Source of the DNA: Mustelus asterias
Lineage: Eukaryota
Direction of reading: 5' to 3'
Assembly (NCBI RefSeq): GCF_964213995.1
Contig: NC_135830.1
Location: forward strand, 12,214,001-12,278,000
DNA length: 64,000 nt
In this document: positions 49,186-62,049 of the stretch, piece by piece
Layout of the letters: every line of letters starts with the position of its first letter
Position numbering within the stretch: the stretch's first letter is position 1
Notes under the pieces: generated by a model
The model's database searches: none
What the model was told of the DNA's origin: nothing
What the model saw: the letters and a program-made list of their open reading frames with translations, nothing else
Position numbers and translations under genes: made by a program

Positions 49186-50897
49186 GTAAGTGAAACTATT
49201 CTCTGCATTTTGTGTCTGGTTATAGTTTAAGAAAGTAATGTCCGATTCTAATGCACCTGTAAAGAATCTTTATCCTGTAATAGCAGCTCTTGAGTTGATT
49301 GGGAGGGGCAGGAGGCGAGAAGTGGGTAGGGGGGAGTGAAAAATTAAAATGTCCTCTGACAACTCTGTGTTAGAAGTTACAAACAGCAGATTATGAGACT
49401 CCAACAACGATGGAGGAGACCATTAAGCCCATCGCTCTTGCTTCAGGGACAGTAGAATCATCGTCATTGAGTTTTACAGAACAGGAAGAGGCCCTGCGGC
49501 CCATTGTGCCTGCTCCAGCCATTATAACCCTATCTATTCCAATCGCATTTTTCAGCCTTGTATGCTACGGCATAAATAATCTTTGGACTTGCATGCCAAG
49601 GTCCCTCTGGTTCTCTGCACGTTCTCGCGTCCTGCAGTTCATTGTGTATTCCCTTGCCTTGTTACCCCTCGCAAAATGCATCACCTCTCACTTTTCAGGT
49701 TTAAATTCCGTTTGGCACTGCTCTACCTGTCTGACCAGCTCGCCCATATCGTCCTGTAATCTTTGCAAGTCAGTGACACTTAACCTCATACGAAAAACAT
49801 GTGTCCATCCTTGGCTTGACTTTCAGTGAAATTTGCATACAACGCTCCTGAAATAATGCAAATTAAATGTCTTTCTTCTCTCCTCTGTGAGGTAAATATG
49901 ATTCAGCTGCTGCAATGCGAAGTTTCTGCCTTGGAAATTATTCCTGCATATTTACTAATCACTACAGTGAGACACCCACACTCAGCAGTGAAATATGTGA
50001 CCAGTAAGGATAAGCTTACTTAATGTCATTATCTGCTGTGTGATAGACAGGGAGCCAGCATCATGTGGGAAGGCAATTGGGGACATTGCACTGGTATAAT
50101 GAATTTGCGCAGCGGAATATCCAGCTCAGCTCGTCCAAAAATTGCAATGTCCAGTCTTTGTCGCTCCAGTCCTTAGTAATGTCATATTGGACTAAAAAAA
50201 TCACAATTTTAGTTTTACTTCTTGGATGTGGGCATTAAATCAAATCAAATCAAATCAAATCCGAATTGCCCTCTGGGCAATTTCAGATTCCACGACATTG
50301 CTTCTTGGATCCAAACCACTGGACGACATATTTCCTTCTCCAAAGGACATTGTTGATCTAAATGGGCATTTAAAACCCATGGCAGAAGTCCTGTTTTCAT
50401 TCGCAAACTTGGCAATAGTAAATTCACTTCCCTCCTCCAAGTCATTATGTATATTGTAAATAATTGTGGCCCGAGCATTGATCGCTGAGGCACTCCACTT
50501 GTAACAGATTGTCATCCTGAAAATGCTCCTCTTATCCCAACTCTCTGTATCCTATCGATTGGCCAATCCTCTATCCATGCGAATATATTACCCCAAAAAG
50601 CATGAACTCTGAATTAGCCCTTTGTCCGAGATCTTATTCAAAGCTTTTTCCTGCAAAGATAAGATGCCAACCATTGAACGGCAATGCTTTTTTACGGCAA
50701 TCGTCGATAGTTCCCGTAGTTTTTACTTGAGGCTACACTTAGATCAATTTATTTGAAACTACTCCGAGTGCTGGGGTGGGAATTGAACCCATTTCTTCAG
50801 AGAAATTAGCCCGGGGCTAATCGAATGTCATTGCCATTTCGCTTCAACCATCCCATAATGTTGCATGAAGAATGTTTAGTGATAGTTTCAATCAAAA

Positions 50898-50990
50898 GCT
50901 TGTTACAGAGTCAGATATCACTGTGATTAATTTCGTCTTGTGAGCTTTATGAAAGAATTAATATTCAGCGCTCCCACCCAGCACTTTGCT
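50898..50990 (+). pseudogene. Possible heavily decayed Jdelta remnant
   Basis: CACTGTG 50919-25 with a weak nonamer 12 nt upstream, then KELIFSAPTQ; no donor. Confidence 0.25.
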
Positions 50991-53261
50991 TCATGGACAT
51001 ATATAATATCGAGAAAGGTAGAAAATAGGAGCACGAGTAGGCCATTCGACACTTAGACCCTGCTCTGCCATTCGACACGACCGTGGCTGACCCTGTAACT
51101 CAACACCATACGAGCCCTCTCCTCATAATTCGTGACACCTTTAGTGTATAGAAATATATATCCTTTAAAAATAGATTCACTGATTTCGCATCCACAAACT
51201 TCTGTGGTAGAGAATTATAGTTTTACCAGCCTCTGAGTCAAGAAAACTTTTCCTCATCTCAGAGTTAAATGTCCAACCCTGAACACTGAAACTTTGCTCC
51301 CTTTTTCTGGACCCCACCCCGCCAAAGGAAACAACATCCCTGCATCCAGTCTGCTCATCCCTGCTAGAATTCTGTATATTTCAATGACATCGCCTCTCAT
51401 GTTCTAAACTCCAAGTGAATACAGATGCAGTCGCCTCTCCTAAAACGACAATCCTGCCATCCTAAGAATCAGTCTGGTGTACCTTTTCTGCACTCTTTCT
51501 ATTGCAAGTGTATTTTTTCTTCGAAAGATCAAAACTGCACACAATATTAGATTTCGTCAAAAAAGGATTGGATTTAGGAAATGTCTTAATGGAGGAAAGT
51601 GAGGTATTAAGTTGAAAAATGTTTCCTGATTTCGCTCCTGAAAGTCTTAAACATTAAACATCGTCTAAAATCCAATTTGCTTGAATCTTGGACTCCCCAA
51701 CCAGTAGTAAATGTTCCTGTTTATCAACCCTCTCCGTTTGGAAATGATTAAGTCACTCCTTAACTAAATTCCAGCGTTTTAGAGTTAAACATCATCTACA
51801 CTGTTAATCGCGTACTCTAAACATACATACAACTGACAGAGTAAAATTTCTTCTCCTCCTGCTCTGTTCAAGGAATTTTGAAATGCTGATTTTTAATTTT
51901 ATGAAAACCAGAACAAAAATGTTGCCGGTTCTGATTGCGGACTCTTCATTATTTCAGTCCTGATCTCAGATCTTCACATTCAAACATGAATATTAAGCTC
52001 CGAATATATTTTTCGGTCTCTCAGTGTTTATGTATTCTGTCTTCTTCACCTGTCTAAAGAATTTGAATAAAGACATTCGTTGATCAATGCTTAGTCTTAG
52101 CATATGGACAATTATAAACAACATGGTTCATTGAGTTTTAATTCTAAGGTGCGTTAACTTACATTTCCCTACACTGAAAACATCCATTAGTTTTATCCAT
52201 TCACAAAATATTAATATTTCTTTGCAATTTGATGCTTCCAGCTACGCTGCTTACAATGCTGTTTATTGTGTCATTTGCATATTCAGCATTCTATCACATT
52301 TTATCACATTGTCTTAATAAACACGACTACACTGCATATCATTCTGTATAGATATATATGTGCGTGCGTATTTGTGCGTGCGTGCGTGTGCGCGTGCGTG
52401 TGTGTGTGTGTGTTTATGTGTGAGTGTGTTTGTACGTCTGTATGTCCATACCTGTCTGTGTGAGTGTCTGCGGCGTGTGTATGTATTCAAATCTCGAATC
52501 AACATAGGAGCAGGTATAGGCCATTTGGCCCATCAATACTGATCGAACATTCAAACTGATCATGGCACATTCACACACGTTCACAGACGTGCACACACGC
52601 ACCCACCCATACAAAAGCACACACAGAAACACTCACACAGATGCACACAAACACACACAAAGCTACACGCACACTCACATTAATATTTTGTGACACAGAA
52701 ACGTAGCATTTGCCTTCCTCATTGTTTGCTGTACCTGAATGCTAGCTTTCAGTGAACAGGTCTCTCTGGAAGTCAACTCTTTTCAACCTTGCACCATGTG
52801 GGACATATTCTGTATTTCTGTTTTTTATCCCCCCAACCAGAGTGGATAACTTCATACTTAGTTACTTTTTATTCCATCTGCCATGTCTTTGCGCATTCAC
52901 TCAGCCTGTCCAAATGTCCTTGAAGCCCCCATTAAATCCTCCTCTCCATTATGTCTGTGCCATCAGCAAGGTTTTACCTATTTTATTTGGTCCCCACATC
53001 AAGTTTCTGGGTGTGTTCCAGTCACTGTGTTTGTTTCTGGGCATGGCTGTCTCTCAATACCTCCGTCTGATTGTCTCTCGATCTGTGCGTGTGTGTGTTT
53101 GTATGTGTGTGTGTGGGTGTGTGTACGCCTGTGTGCCTGTACGTCCATGCTTGCCTGTGTGTGTCTGCGGCGTGCAAAAGTATTTCAGTCTCAAAGGAAC
53201 ATAAGAGCAGGAGTAGGCCATTTGGCCCAAAAATAATGCTCCAACTTTCAAACAGATCATG

Positions 53262-53306
<45 letters not shown>

Positions 53307-53779
53307 CTCTCGCGCTCCTATTTGATTCCACAAATATGTAGCATTTGCCTTCCACATGTCTTGCTGTGCCTACATGCTAATTTTTACTGACCCATGAACA
53401 AGGACATCCAGCTCTCTCTGGCAACAACCCTGTCCAATCTCGCACTGTTTAGGAAATACTCTGCCTTTCTGATGTCTTTTCTTTCTGCCAGAATGGATAA
53501 CTTCACACATATTCAGTTTTATTCCATCTGCCATGTTCTTGCCCATTGACTCAGCCTGTCCCAATTCCCTTCAAGTCCTCCTTGTATCCTCCTCACCATT
53601 AGTTGTGCTCATCAGCAAGATTGGAAATATTTTATTTGGTCCCCAAATCCAGCCTCTCTGTGTTTGTGTGTGGTGCTGGGTGTGTGTGTCTCTCAATGTC
53701 TCAGTGTGTGTCTGTGTGTGTGTGGGGGGGGGGGGGGGGGCGGGGTATGCATGCTTCCAGATGCATGTGTGTGTCATAG

Positions 53780-56185
53780 CGTCATGGAATCATAGAGGTT
53801 TACAACTTGGAAACAGGCCCTTTGGCCCAACTTTTTCATGGCGCCTTTTTCATAAACCCTAAGCTAGCCCCAATTGCCTGCATTTGGCCCAAATCCCTCT
53901 AAACCCATCGTACCCATGTAACTGTCCAAATGCTTTTTAAAAGACAAAATTGTACCTGCCTCTACTACTACCTCTGGCAGCTTGTTCCGGACACTCACCA
54001 CCCTCTGTGTGAAAGAAATGCCCCTGTGGACACTTTTGTATCTCTCCCTCTCACCTTAAACCTATGCCCTCTAGTTGCAGACTCCCCTACCTTTGACTAT
54101 CTGACTGATCTATGCCCCTCATTATTTTATAGACCTCTATGAGATCACCTCTCAGCCCCCTCAGAGAAAAAAGTCCCAGTCTATCCAGCCTCTCTTTATA
54201 ACTCAAACCATCAAGTCCCAGTAGCATCCTGGAAAATCTTTTCTGCACTCTTTCTAGTTTAATCATATCATTTCTATAATAGGGTGATCAGAACTGTACA
54301 CAGTATTCAAAGTGTGGCCTCAACAATGTCTTGTACAACTTCAACAAGACGTCCCAACTCCGATATCCATTGAAACCAAGCATGCTGAATGCCGTCTTCA
54401 CCAATCTGTCCACCTGTGACGCCACTTTCAAGGAGCTATGAACGTGCACCCCTAGATCTCTAAGTTCTGTATGTCTCCCCAACGCCCTACCATTAACTGA
54501 GTGAGTCCTGCCCTGGTTCAATCTACCAAAATGCCTCACCTCGCATTTGTCTAAATTAAACTCTGTCTGCCACTCGTCAGCCCACTGGCCCAATTGATCA
54601 AGATCCCATTGCAAACCGAACTAACCTTCCACACTGTCCACTATGCCACAAAACTTGGTGTCACCTGCAAACTTACCAACCATGCCTCCTATATTTTCAT
54701 CCAAATCATTAATATAGATGACAAATAACATTGGACCCAACACTGATCCCTGAGGCACTCCGCTGGTCACAGGCCTCCAGTTTGAAAGACAACGTCTACA
54801 ACCACCCTCTGGCTTCTGTGATCAAGCCAATTTTGTATCCATTTGGCTTCCTCACGCTGGATCCTGTGAGATTTAACCTTACAATCAACCTACCATGAGG
54901 AAACTTGTCAAAGGCCTTGCCAACTTCCATGTAGACAACATCAACTGCCTTCTTGGCTATCCCTTCAAAAACTCAAACTCACAAGGCCATGCTGACTGTC
55001 CCGAATCAGTCCTTGCATTTCTAAATGCCTGTAGATCCTGTCTCTCAAAATACGTTCCAACAACTTACCCACCACAGATGTGAGACTCACTGGCCTGTAG
55101 TTCCCAGGCTTTTCCCTGCAGCCCTTTTTAAACAAAGGCACAACATTTGCCACCCTCCAATCTTCAGGCACCTCACCTATGACTAACAATGATTTAAATA
55201 TCTCTGCTCGGGAACCCGCAAATTCCTCCCTCGCCTCCCACAATATCCTGGGATACACTTCATTAGTTCCCGGGGATTTATCTACCTCAATGCGCTTTAA
55301 GACTTCCAGCACCTCTTTCTCTGTTATATGTACACTCCTTAAGACATCACTATTTATTTCCCCAAGTTCCCTAACAACCATGCTTTTCTCAACAGTAAAG
55401 GCTGATGAGAAATATTCATTTAGGATCTCACCTGATAAATGTGAGGTGATTCATTTTGGTAGGACTAATTTAAATGTGGATTACGGGGTCAAAGGTACGG
55501 TTCTGAAGACTGTGGAGGAACAGAGAGATCTTGGGGTCCATATCCACAGATCTCTAAAGGTTGCCACTCAAGTGGATAGAGCTGTGAAGAAGGCCTATAG
55601 TGTGTGGAGTTTAAGAGCCGTGGGGTTATGCTGCAACTGTACAGGACCTTGGTGAGACCACGTTTGTGCAGTTCTGGTCACCTCACTATAAGAAGGATGT
55701 GGAAGCGCTGGAAAGAGTGCAGAGGAGATTTATCAGGATGCTGCCTGGTTTGGAGGGTAGGTCTTATGAGGAAAGGTTGAGGGAGCTAGGGCTGTTCTCT
55801 CTGGAGCGGAGGAGGCTGAGGGGAGACTTAATAGAGGTTTATAAAATGATGAAGGGGATAGATAGAGTGAACGTTCAAAGACTATTTCCTCGGGTGGATG
55901 GAGCTATTACAAGGGGGCATAACTATAGGGTTCGTGGTGGGAGATATAGGAAGGATATCAGAGGTAGGTTCTTTACGCAGAGAGTAGTTGGGGTGTGGAA
56001 TGGACTGCCTGCAGTGATAGTGGAGTCAGACACTTTAGGAACATTTAAGCGGTTATTGGATAGGCAGATGGAGCACACCAGGATGATAGGGAGTGGGATA
56101 GCTTGATCTTGGTTTCAGATAAAGCTCGGCACAACATCGTGGGCCGAAGGGCCTGTGCTGTGCTGTACTGTTCTATGTTTCTATG
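53780..56185. mobile_element. Back-to-back CR1 fragments (minus about 53780-55430, plus about 55431-56185) in the J-C intron
   Basis: RT ORFs 54288..54614, 54965..55381 and 55666..56106; CTATGTT tail. Confidence 0.88.
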
Positions 56186-56328
56186 TTCACCCGTGTGTGT
56201 GTGTATGTATATGTGTGCGCGCGTGTGTGTGTGTATGTGTGTGTGTGTTTGTGTGCATATGTGTCTATGCATGTCCGTCTATCTGCTTATATGCCTGGGC
56301 ATGTGTGCGTTTGCATGTGAGTGTGTGA

Positions 56329-56362
<34 letters not shown>

Positions 56363-56562
56363 AAGAGGCGTCACTCCTCAGCCTTCTCTGTGCCAAGCGA
56401 AAAAGCCCTAATTATCCAGTCTCAGCATTCGGTAAATTCATGGAGAAACTCACATAGGGTTAAGAGATAGAAAAAATGCGGGTCTAATCGAATGGCTCAG
56501 CAGGTTGGAGGAGGTCACTCTGTTGGATTCTGATTATTTCCCTTTATTTATTAAACTTTCAG

Positions 56563-56874
56563 AGGCGAAAGGCCCGGTAGAACCAAAATTGAGCGTCTTT
56601 TACCCGCCAGTGCCACGGGGACCCACCGGCATCGACACAGCTGCAGTATGCTTGGCCTCGGACTTCTCGCCCAACGCAATCAAGCTCTCCCTGTACACGG
56701 GATCGGGCCAGGAGGTCAATGTGACAAGACCCAGTGTCCTATTGGAGAGCGGGAATTACAGGAGCTCGGGTTTTCTCTCTTTCACCCAATCCGAGGAATC
56801 GCCAAACATCACGTGCAAGGCATTTCACGATAATCGAAATTACTCAGTAAACATCCCGCCCACAGTTGAAATTG
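56563..56874 (+). CDS. TRDC: TCR delta constant region exon 1 (Ig C1 domain)
   Basis: Acceptor TTTCAG, donor GTAAGT, phase 1-1, in frame with the J donors. KAKGPVEPKLSVFYP...AAVCLASDFSPNAIKLSL...NITCKAFH; no C-strand Trp, as in Cdelta. Confidence 0.93.
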
Positions 56875-59601
56875 GTAAGTTTATTTTATTTTCGTTCACG
56901 TGATGTGGGTGTCGTTGGCTTGGCCAACATTTATTGCCCGTCCTAAATTGCCCTTCAGCAGAGGACATTTAAGAGTCACTTGCCGGCCAGACCATGTAAG
57001 GACGGCAGATTTCGTTCGCTAAAGGAAGTTAGTGAACCAGTGAGTTTTAACGATAATCGACAATGGTTTCAGGGTCATCATGAAACTTTTAATTCCAATT
57101 TTTAAAAAAATGTTCAAATTTCGCAGCTGCCATCCCCAGGTCAGCATTCTGGGTCGTTGGATTACCAGTCCAGTGACAATGCCACTGCGCCACTGCCTCC
57201 TCTGAGAATGTTTTATGACAGGAAGAACTTGCACTAAATATTATCCATCCTCTTAACGACCGAAGGACTCTCGGTGTCATCGTCACTCAAAGTGTAGTCT
57301 TTTTGAAAGGTTAGCTGACTAATGATTGACTGTCAATTATCCTAGTCTGGGGACTTCACTGCAGGAGTTCCTCAGTGTCTCAGGCCTAACCAGCTTCAGT
57401 TGCTTCATCAATCACCTTCAATCCATTGTAAGGTCAGAAGTTGGGATGTTCGCTGATGACTGAATAATTTTCAGCACCATTCATGACACCTCAGATCTTG
57501 AAGTAGTGCATTACAAATGCACCAATAGCTGGACAATACCTAGGCTTTGACTGACAAGCTGCAAGTAACATTTGCGCCACACATGTTCCAGGCAATGACC
57601 AACTCCAACAGGAAAGAAGCTAACAACCGGCTCTTGACATGTAATGGCATTACCATGACTGAAACAATGAACAAAGAACAAAGAAAATTACAGCACAGGA
57701 ACAGGCCCTTCGGCCCTCCAAGCCTGCACCGACTATGCTGCCCGACTTAACTAAAACCCCTTTCCCTTCCGGGGACCATATCGCTCTATTCCCATCTTAT
57801 TCATGTATTTGTCCAGGTGTCCCTTAAAACTCACGATCGTATCTCCTTCCACTACCTCACCCGGCAGCGAGTTCCAGGCACGCACCACCTTCTGTGTAAA
57901 AACTCTGCCTTGTACGTCTCCTGTAAACCTCGCCCCTCGCACCTTAAACCTATGCCCCCGAGTAATTGACTCTTCCACCCTGGGAAAAAGCTTCTAACTA
58001 TCCACTCTGTCCATGCCTCTCATAATCCTGTAGACTTCTATCAGGTCAACCCCCACTATCAACATCCTGAGGGTTAACGTTGCTCAGAAACTGAACTGGA
58101 CTATCCATATAAGTGCTGTGGCTGCAAGAGAATGTCGGAGATTGGGAATCCTGTGGTGAGTAACGTATCTCCTCATCCCCCAAATTCTCTGCCCCATCCA
58201 CAAGACATAATCATGACTGTGGTAGTGTATTCGCCACTTGCCTCGATGAATGCAGCTCCAATAACACTCAGACATTTGACACGACCCAGGACAAAGCAGC
58301 TCCGCTTGATTAACAGTGTGTTTATGAGTGTCACAAGTCGGCTTACATTAAAACTGCAATGAATTTATTGTGACAATCCCATAGTCGCCACACTCTGTGC
58401 CTGTTCGGGTACACTGAGGGAGAATTTAGCATGGCCAATGCATCTAATCAGCACGTCTTTCGGACTGTGGGAGGAAACCGGAGCGCCCGGATCAAACCCA
58501 CGCTGACACGAGGAAAACGTGCAGACTCTGCACAGACAGTCACCCAAGCTGGGAATCGAACACAGGTCCCTGACACTGTGGGCGGGGGGGAGTGGCGGGG
58601 GGGGGGGGGGGGCGGAGGGGAGTGGCGGGGCGTTGGGGGGGGGGGTGGCGGTGCAGCAGTACTAACCACTGTGCCACTGTGCGGCTCAAGCATTAAGTAC
58701 TCTATTCACAAACATCCACTTCTTCCACCACCGAAGCACAATGGCAGCAGTGTGTGCCATCCACAAGATACACAGCAGTAACTCTCCAAGTCTCCTTCCG
58801 CTGAATCTTCCAAACTCACGACCGTTATCATCTCGGAGGACAAGGGCAGCAGATACCTGGGAACACCATCATCTGGACGTTACCCTCCATGTCACTCAGC
58901 ATCCTGACTTGGAAATGTTTCGGCAGTTCCTTCACTGTCGCAGAGTCAAAATGGTGGAACTTCTTCCCTAACAGCACTGTGTGTGTACGTACCCCTGACA
59001 GACTGCAGAGGTTCAAGCAGGAGACTCACAACCATCTTCTGAAGGGGGCAATTAGGGATTGGCAATAAATGCTGACCTGCCAGTGATGTCCACATTCCGT
59101 AAATGAATAAAAATAATAAGAGCTAACTATTATAATTCAGGGCAGTGTGCAGGACCCGTAACTGCTGGTACATCACCGAATTTAGGAACGTATTAAATAC
59201 TAACGAGGGTACTGGAGAATCCCGTTCCTCTGGAGAAATGCCCTGATATCATTTAATCCACTGCAGAGCTGAAATCAGGCCTCGGTTTCACGACGTTTTC
59301 GGAAGACAGTGAAATACTGCACTGATGGAACGGCTCTGGATCCTGGGTTTTAATCCCTGATGGGGAATCTACCCTGCACTCTTTGAACTCAGAATTGGGA
59401 CGAACTAAATGGCAGAGCTACCAATGTTTCTCCGTTGTGAATAATCAAGTGAACAAGTCCAATCGTGCTGTTTGATTCTTACTTTCTTCGTGGCTTTTGG
59501 TTATGACAACAACATTATTCAAAGTGATATTGAGAACAAACATGGTTACAGTAATGTCACTTGCTCACTTAATAAGTCAAATGTCATTTTTGCCCTTCCA
59601 G

Positions 59602-59664
59602 ATAAACCTAAATGCCCTACAGGTCGAAGTGATTCCTTGACAGAATCAAGTGACACGGAAAACG
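59602..59664 (+). CDS. TRDC: TCR delta constant exon 2 (connecting peptide DKPKCPTGRSDSLTESSDTEN)
   Basis: CTTCCAG acceptor, GTATGT donor, 63 nt phase 1-1; contains the interchain Cys. Confidence 0.85.
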
Positions 59665-60106
59665 GTATGTGCTTTATTCAACATTTATCAAAGTAAAATA
59701 CTTGCAAATAGACGGATTGATAAGTGGACAAATAGGCACGGATACAGACCCGGAGATTGAATGATAAACATATAGTGAGATGGGGAAAAAGATAGATTGT
59801 CACACAGAGTGAGGGAGAGAGATATATCAATCGAGCGGGATAGCGAGAGAGGAGGAGAGGCGGGGAGAGAGAGAGAAACTCAGAGTGAAAGAGAGATGAA
59901 GATAGATAGACAGGCAAGCAGACGGTCGGACGGACGGACTGACAGAGATGGACAGACGGACGGACGGACAGGGATGGACAGACGGACGAAAGTCAAGCTG
60001 TTAGATAATGGAAAAAATATCACATTAGAGGTATACAGTTGTTTTTCAATACCAAATCATATATCCATTAAACCAGATCTATCATTTGTTTCTCTTATTT
60101 TGGCAG

Positions 60107-60216
60107 ATCGACTGAGGGTGAACTTTTTGTCTTTGACGGTGATGGGGCTAAGAATTTTGTTTTTCAAGAGCATTGTCTTCAATGTCATGATGACGGCCAG
60201 GGTGTGGCTATTTTGA
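60107..60216 (+). CDS. TRDC: TCR delta constant exon 3 (transmembrane/cytoplasmic, DRLRVNFLSLTVMGLRILFFKSIVFNVMMTARVWLF*)
   Basis: Alpha/delta-type TM with conserved Arg and Lys; VN.LSLTV.GLR.LF.K resembles Cdelta; donor GTAAGG just after the stop. Confidence 0.92.
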
Positions 60217-60801
60217 GGTAAGGTCGGTCACCTGAATGCGTGCCAAGAAAGACAAACTGTGATGAACAATGACCATTGACGGGATCTCGCGAGGCCACTG
60301 TTAAGGCAGACGCTGAAACTAACCCGTGGAGTGAGCATTAACTTGGATGCATTTAGACAAACGAACTCTTACTCCAGTGCCCCATCCTCATCGCTTTTCA
60401 TCCCTCCCTTGCCACCGCACCACCGCCCCCCCCCCGCCCCCGCCGCCCCCCCCCCCCGCCCCCGCCGCCCCCCCCCCCGCCCCCGCCCGCCAACCCCCGT
60501 TCCCAATCGCAGCCTTGACTTCTTAAACCTCTCCAGATTTTTGTTTAATTATGGGTGTCACTGACTAGCCTAACCTTTTCCGCCCATCCCTTGGTCTTGA
60601 GCTGCGTGGCTCTTTCGGAGAGTCGGTGCAGACTCTATGGGCCAAATCGCATCCTTCTGCACTGTCGGGGTTCTTGTGCAATTGCAGTGGCTTCTGAGAA
60701 TATTATTGGAGAATGTTAATGGAGACCCTAAAGATACAAGGTGTTCTTTGCTTGCTGACTCTTTGATGTGCTACTACTGTTGCTCCTTCCATTCCAAACA
60801 G

Positions 60802-61900
60802 AACTGCATTGGACGATGAAATGGATTCAGGTGTGAACTCATTGACTGGGGTATCAAAATCCAGAGGCTTCCTGATCAGAAGTTCCGCTTCAAGCAATTC
60901 AATCTCGCTTGTTTTAAATGGCGACTTAACTTTAAAAGATCCTCTTTTCGGTCACTTTTTTCCACTGTTATTTTGATTTGAAATTCGTGGTTCTGCGAAA
61001 ATTCTACTGCTTATGCTACATAAACATTTCAATTATGCATTTCAGCAACAGCGTGGAGCTAGCATTGACATGGTGTCTGCCTGCATTAGTGTCGGAGACA
61101 TTTTTGAAAACAGCATTTTCAATTTTAGGACGTATAGAACTTCGATTTTTATATTCTTTGCTTAGAATAGTAGAATCCTATTCCGGAGAAAGCAGCCACT
61201 CAGCCCATAGTGACAATGGCAGCCCTTTACAGGGCAATCTAGGTAATGGCACCTCACATGTTCCTTTTGGTTGTTTTACTCTGGTAGTTATTTTAAACAT
61301 TGTATTTTAATGCATGCAATTTAAGAGCGTAAGATACGTTAAATCAGCAAGGGTCTGATCGGATTTTCATCAAACTTTTAGATTGTTGCCAAGGTGATAT
61401 TCTCTCTCCCGTACTTAATCTTGGACTCCAGATTTTCCTCCCAGTGCCACGGAGGCACCAATCCCCAGCCTGTGCATCTGGGCCCTTAGAGATAATCGAG
61501 CCACCACTTGCCGCCGTGCAGAGCTTTATCATGACACGGCATTTCACAAGTAAGATGAACAAGAGTTTTTGAACATCTCGCCATGAGCTTAGCCTAAAAT
61601 CAGGTTATTGCTCTCAAGTTATTTTACAGATGGGACATTCGTACACATTTAAGACCATCCGGTTAGTCAGGGGAAGCGAGAGTTATGGGGCTAAGGTGGT
61701 AAAGTGGAGTTGAGGATAATATCAAACCAACCATGATTTCATTGAAAGGCGAAGCAGCTCCTGTGGGCCGAATGGTCTACTTCTACTCCTCCGTCTTATG
61801 CTCTTCTGGTTCGTTAATCACACCTTTGTGCATATCTGTCACCTTGTTATTTTTTCATATGCATCGCTTATAATATTGAATAAATTTGCAGTCTTTAATG
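60802..61900 (+). other. Putative untranslated Cdelta exon 4 / 3' UTR
   Basis: Donor at 60218 implies a downstream exon; candidate acceptor CCTTCCATTCCAAACAG ends at 60801; AATAAA at 61879-84. Confidence 0.35.
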
Positions 61901-62049
61901 AAGGGTGTCTTCTGCTTCTTTGTTAACGCGATGGCAAGACATGCATTTGGTTTGGTTGACAGAGAGCTCTTGTAGTCGCGCAGCACAAATGGAGGCCACT
62001 GAGCCCATCATGAGGATACCAGCTCCCCATGGCAGATCCCGCCAATTGG

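Noticed and set aside
49984-50023. YVTSKDKLT* as a truncated J
   Set aside because: No FGxG, donor or nonamer.
52260-53780. C/V-rich and H/T-rich ORFs (also near 7565, 20543, 56103, 59797) and antisense-LINE ORFs
   Set aside because: These are translations of (GT)n/(CA)n/(GA)n microsatellites or shadow frames of CR1, not genes.
49190-56560. Edelta enhancer in the J-C intron
   Set aside because: Expected by analogy with mammals, but no convincing clustered Runx/Myb/GATA module could be identified by eye.
56563-60216. Constant region as TCR alpha
   Set aside because: An upstream 12/23 D, NAR-TCR linkage, a two-Cys C1 domain and the VNFLSLTVMGLRILFFK TM fit delta better; a homology search would settle it.
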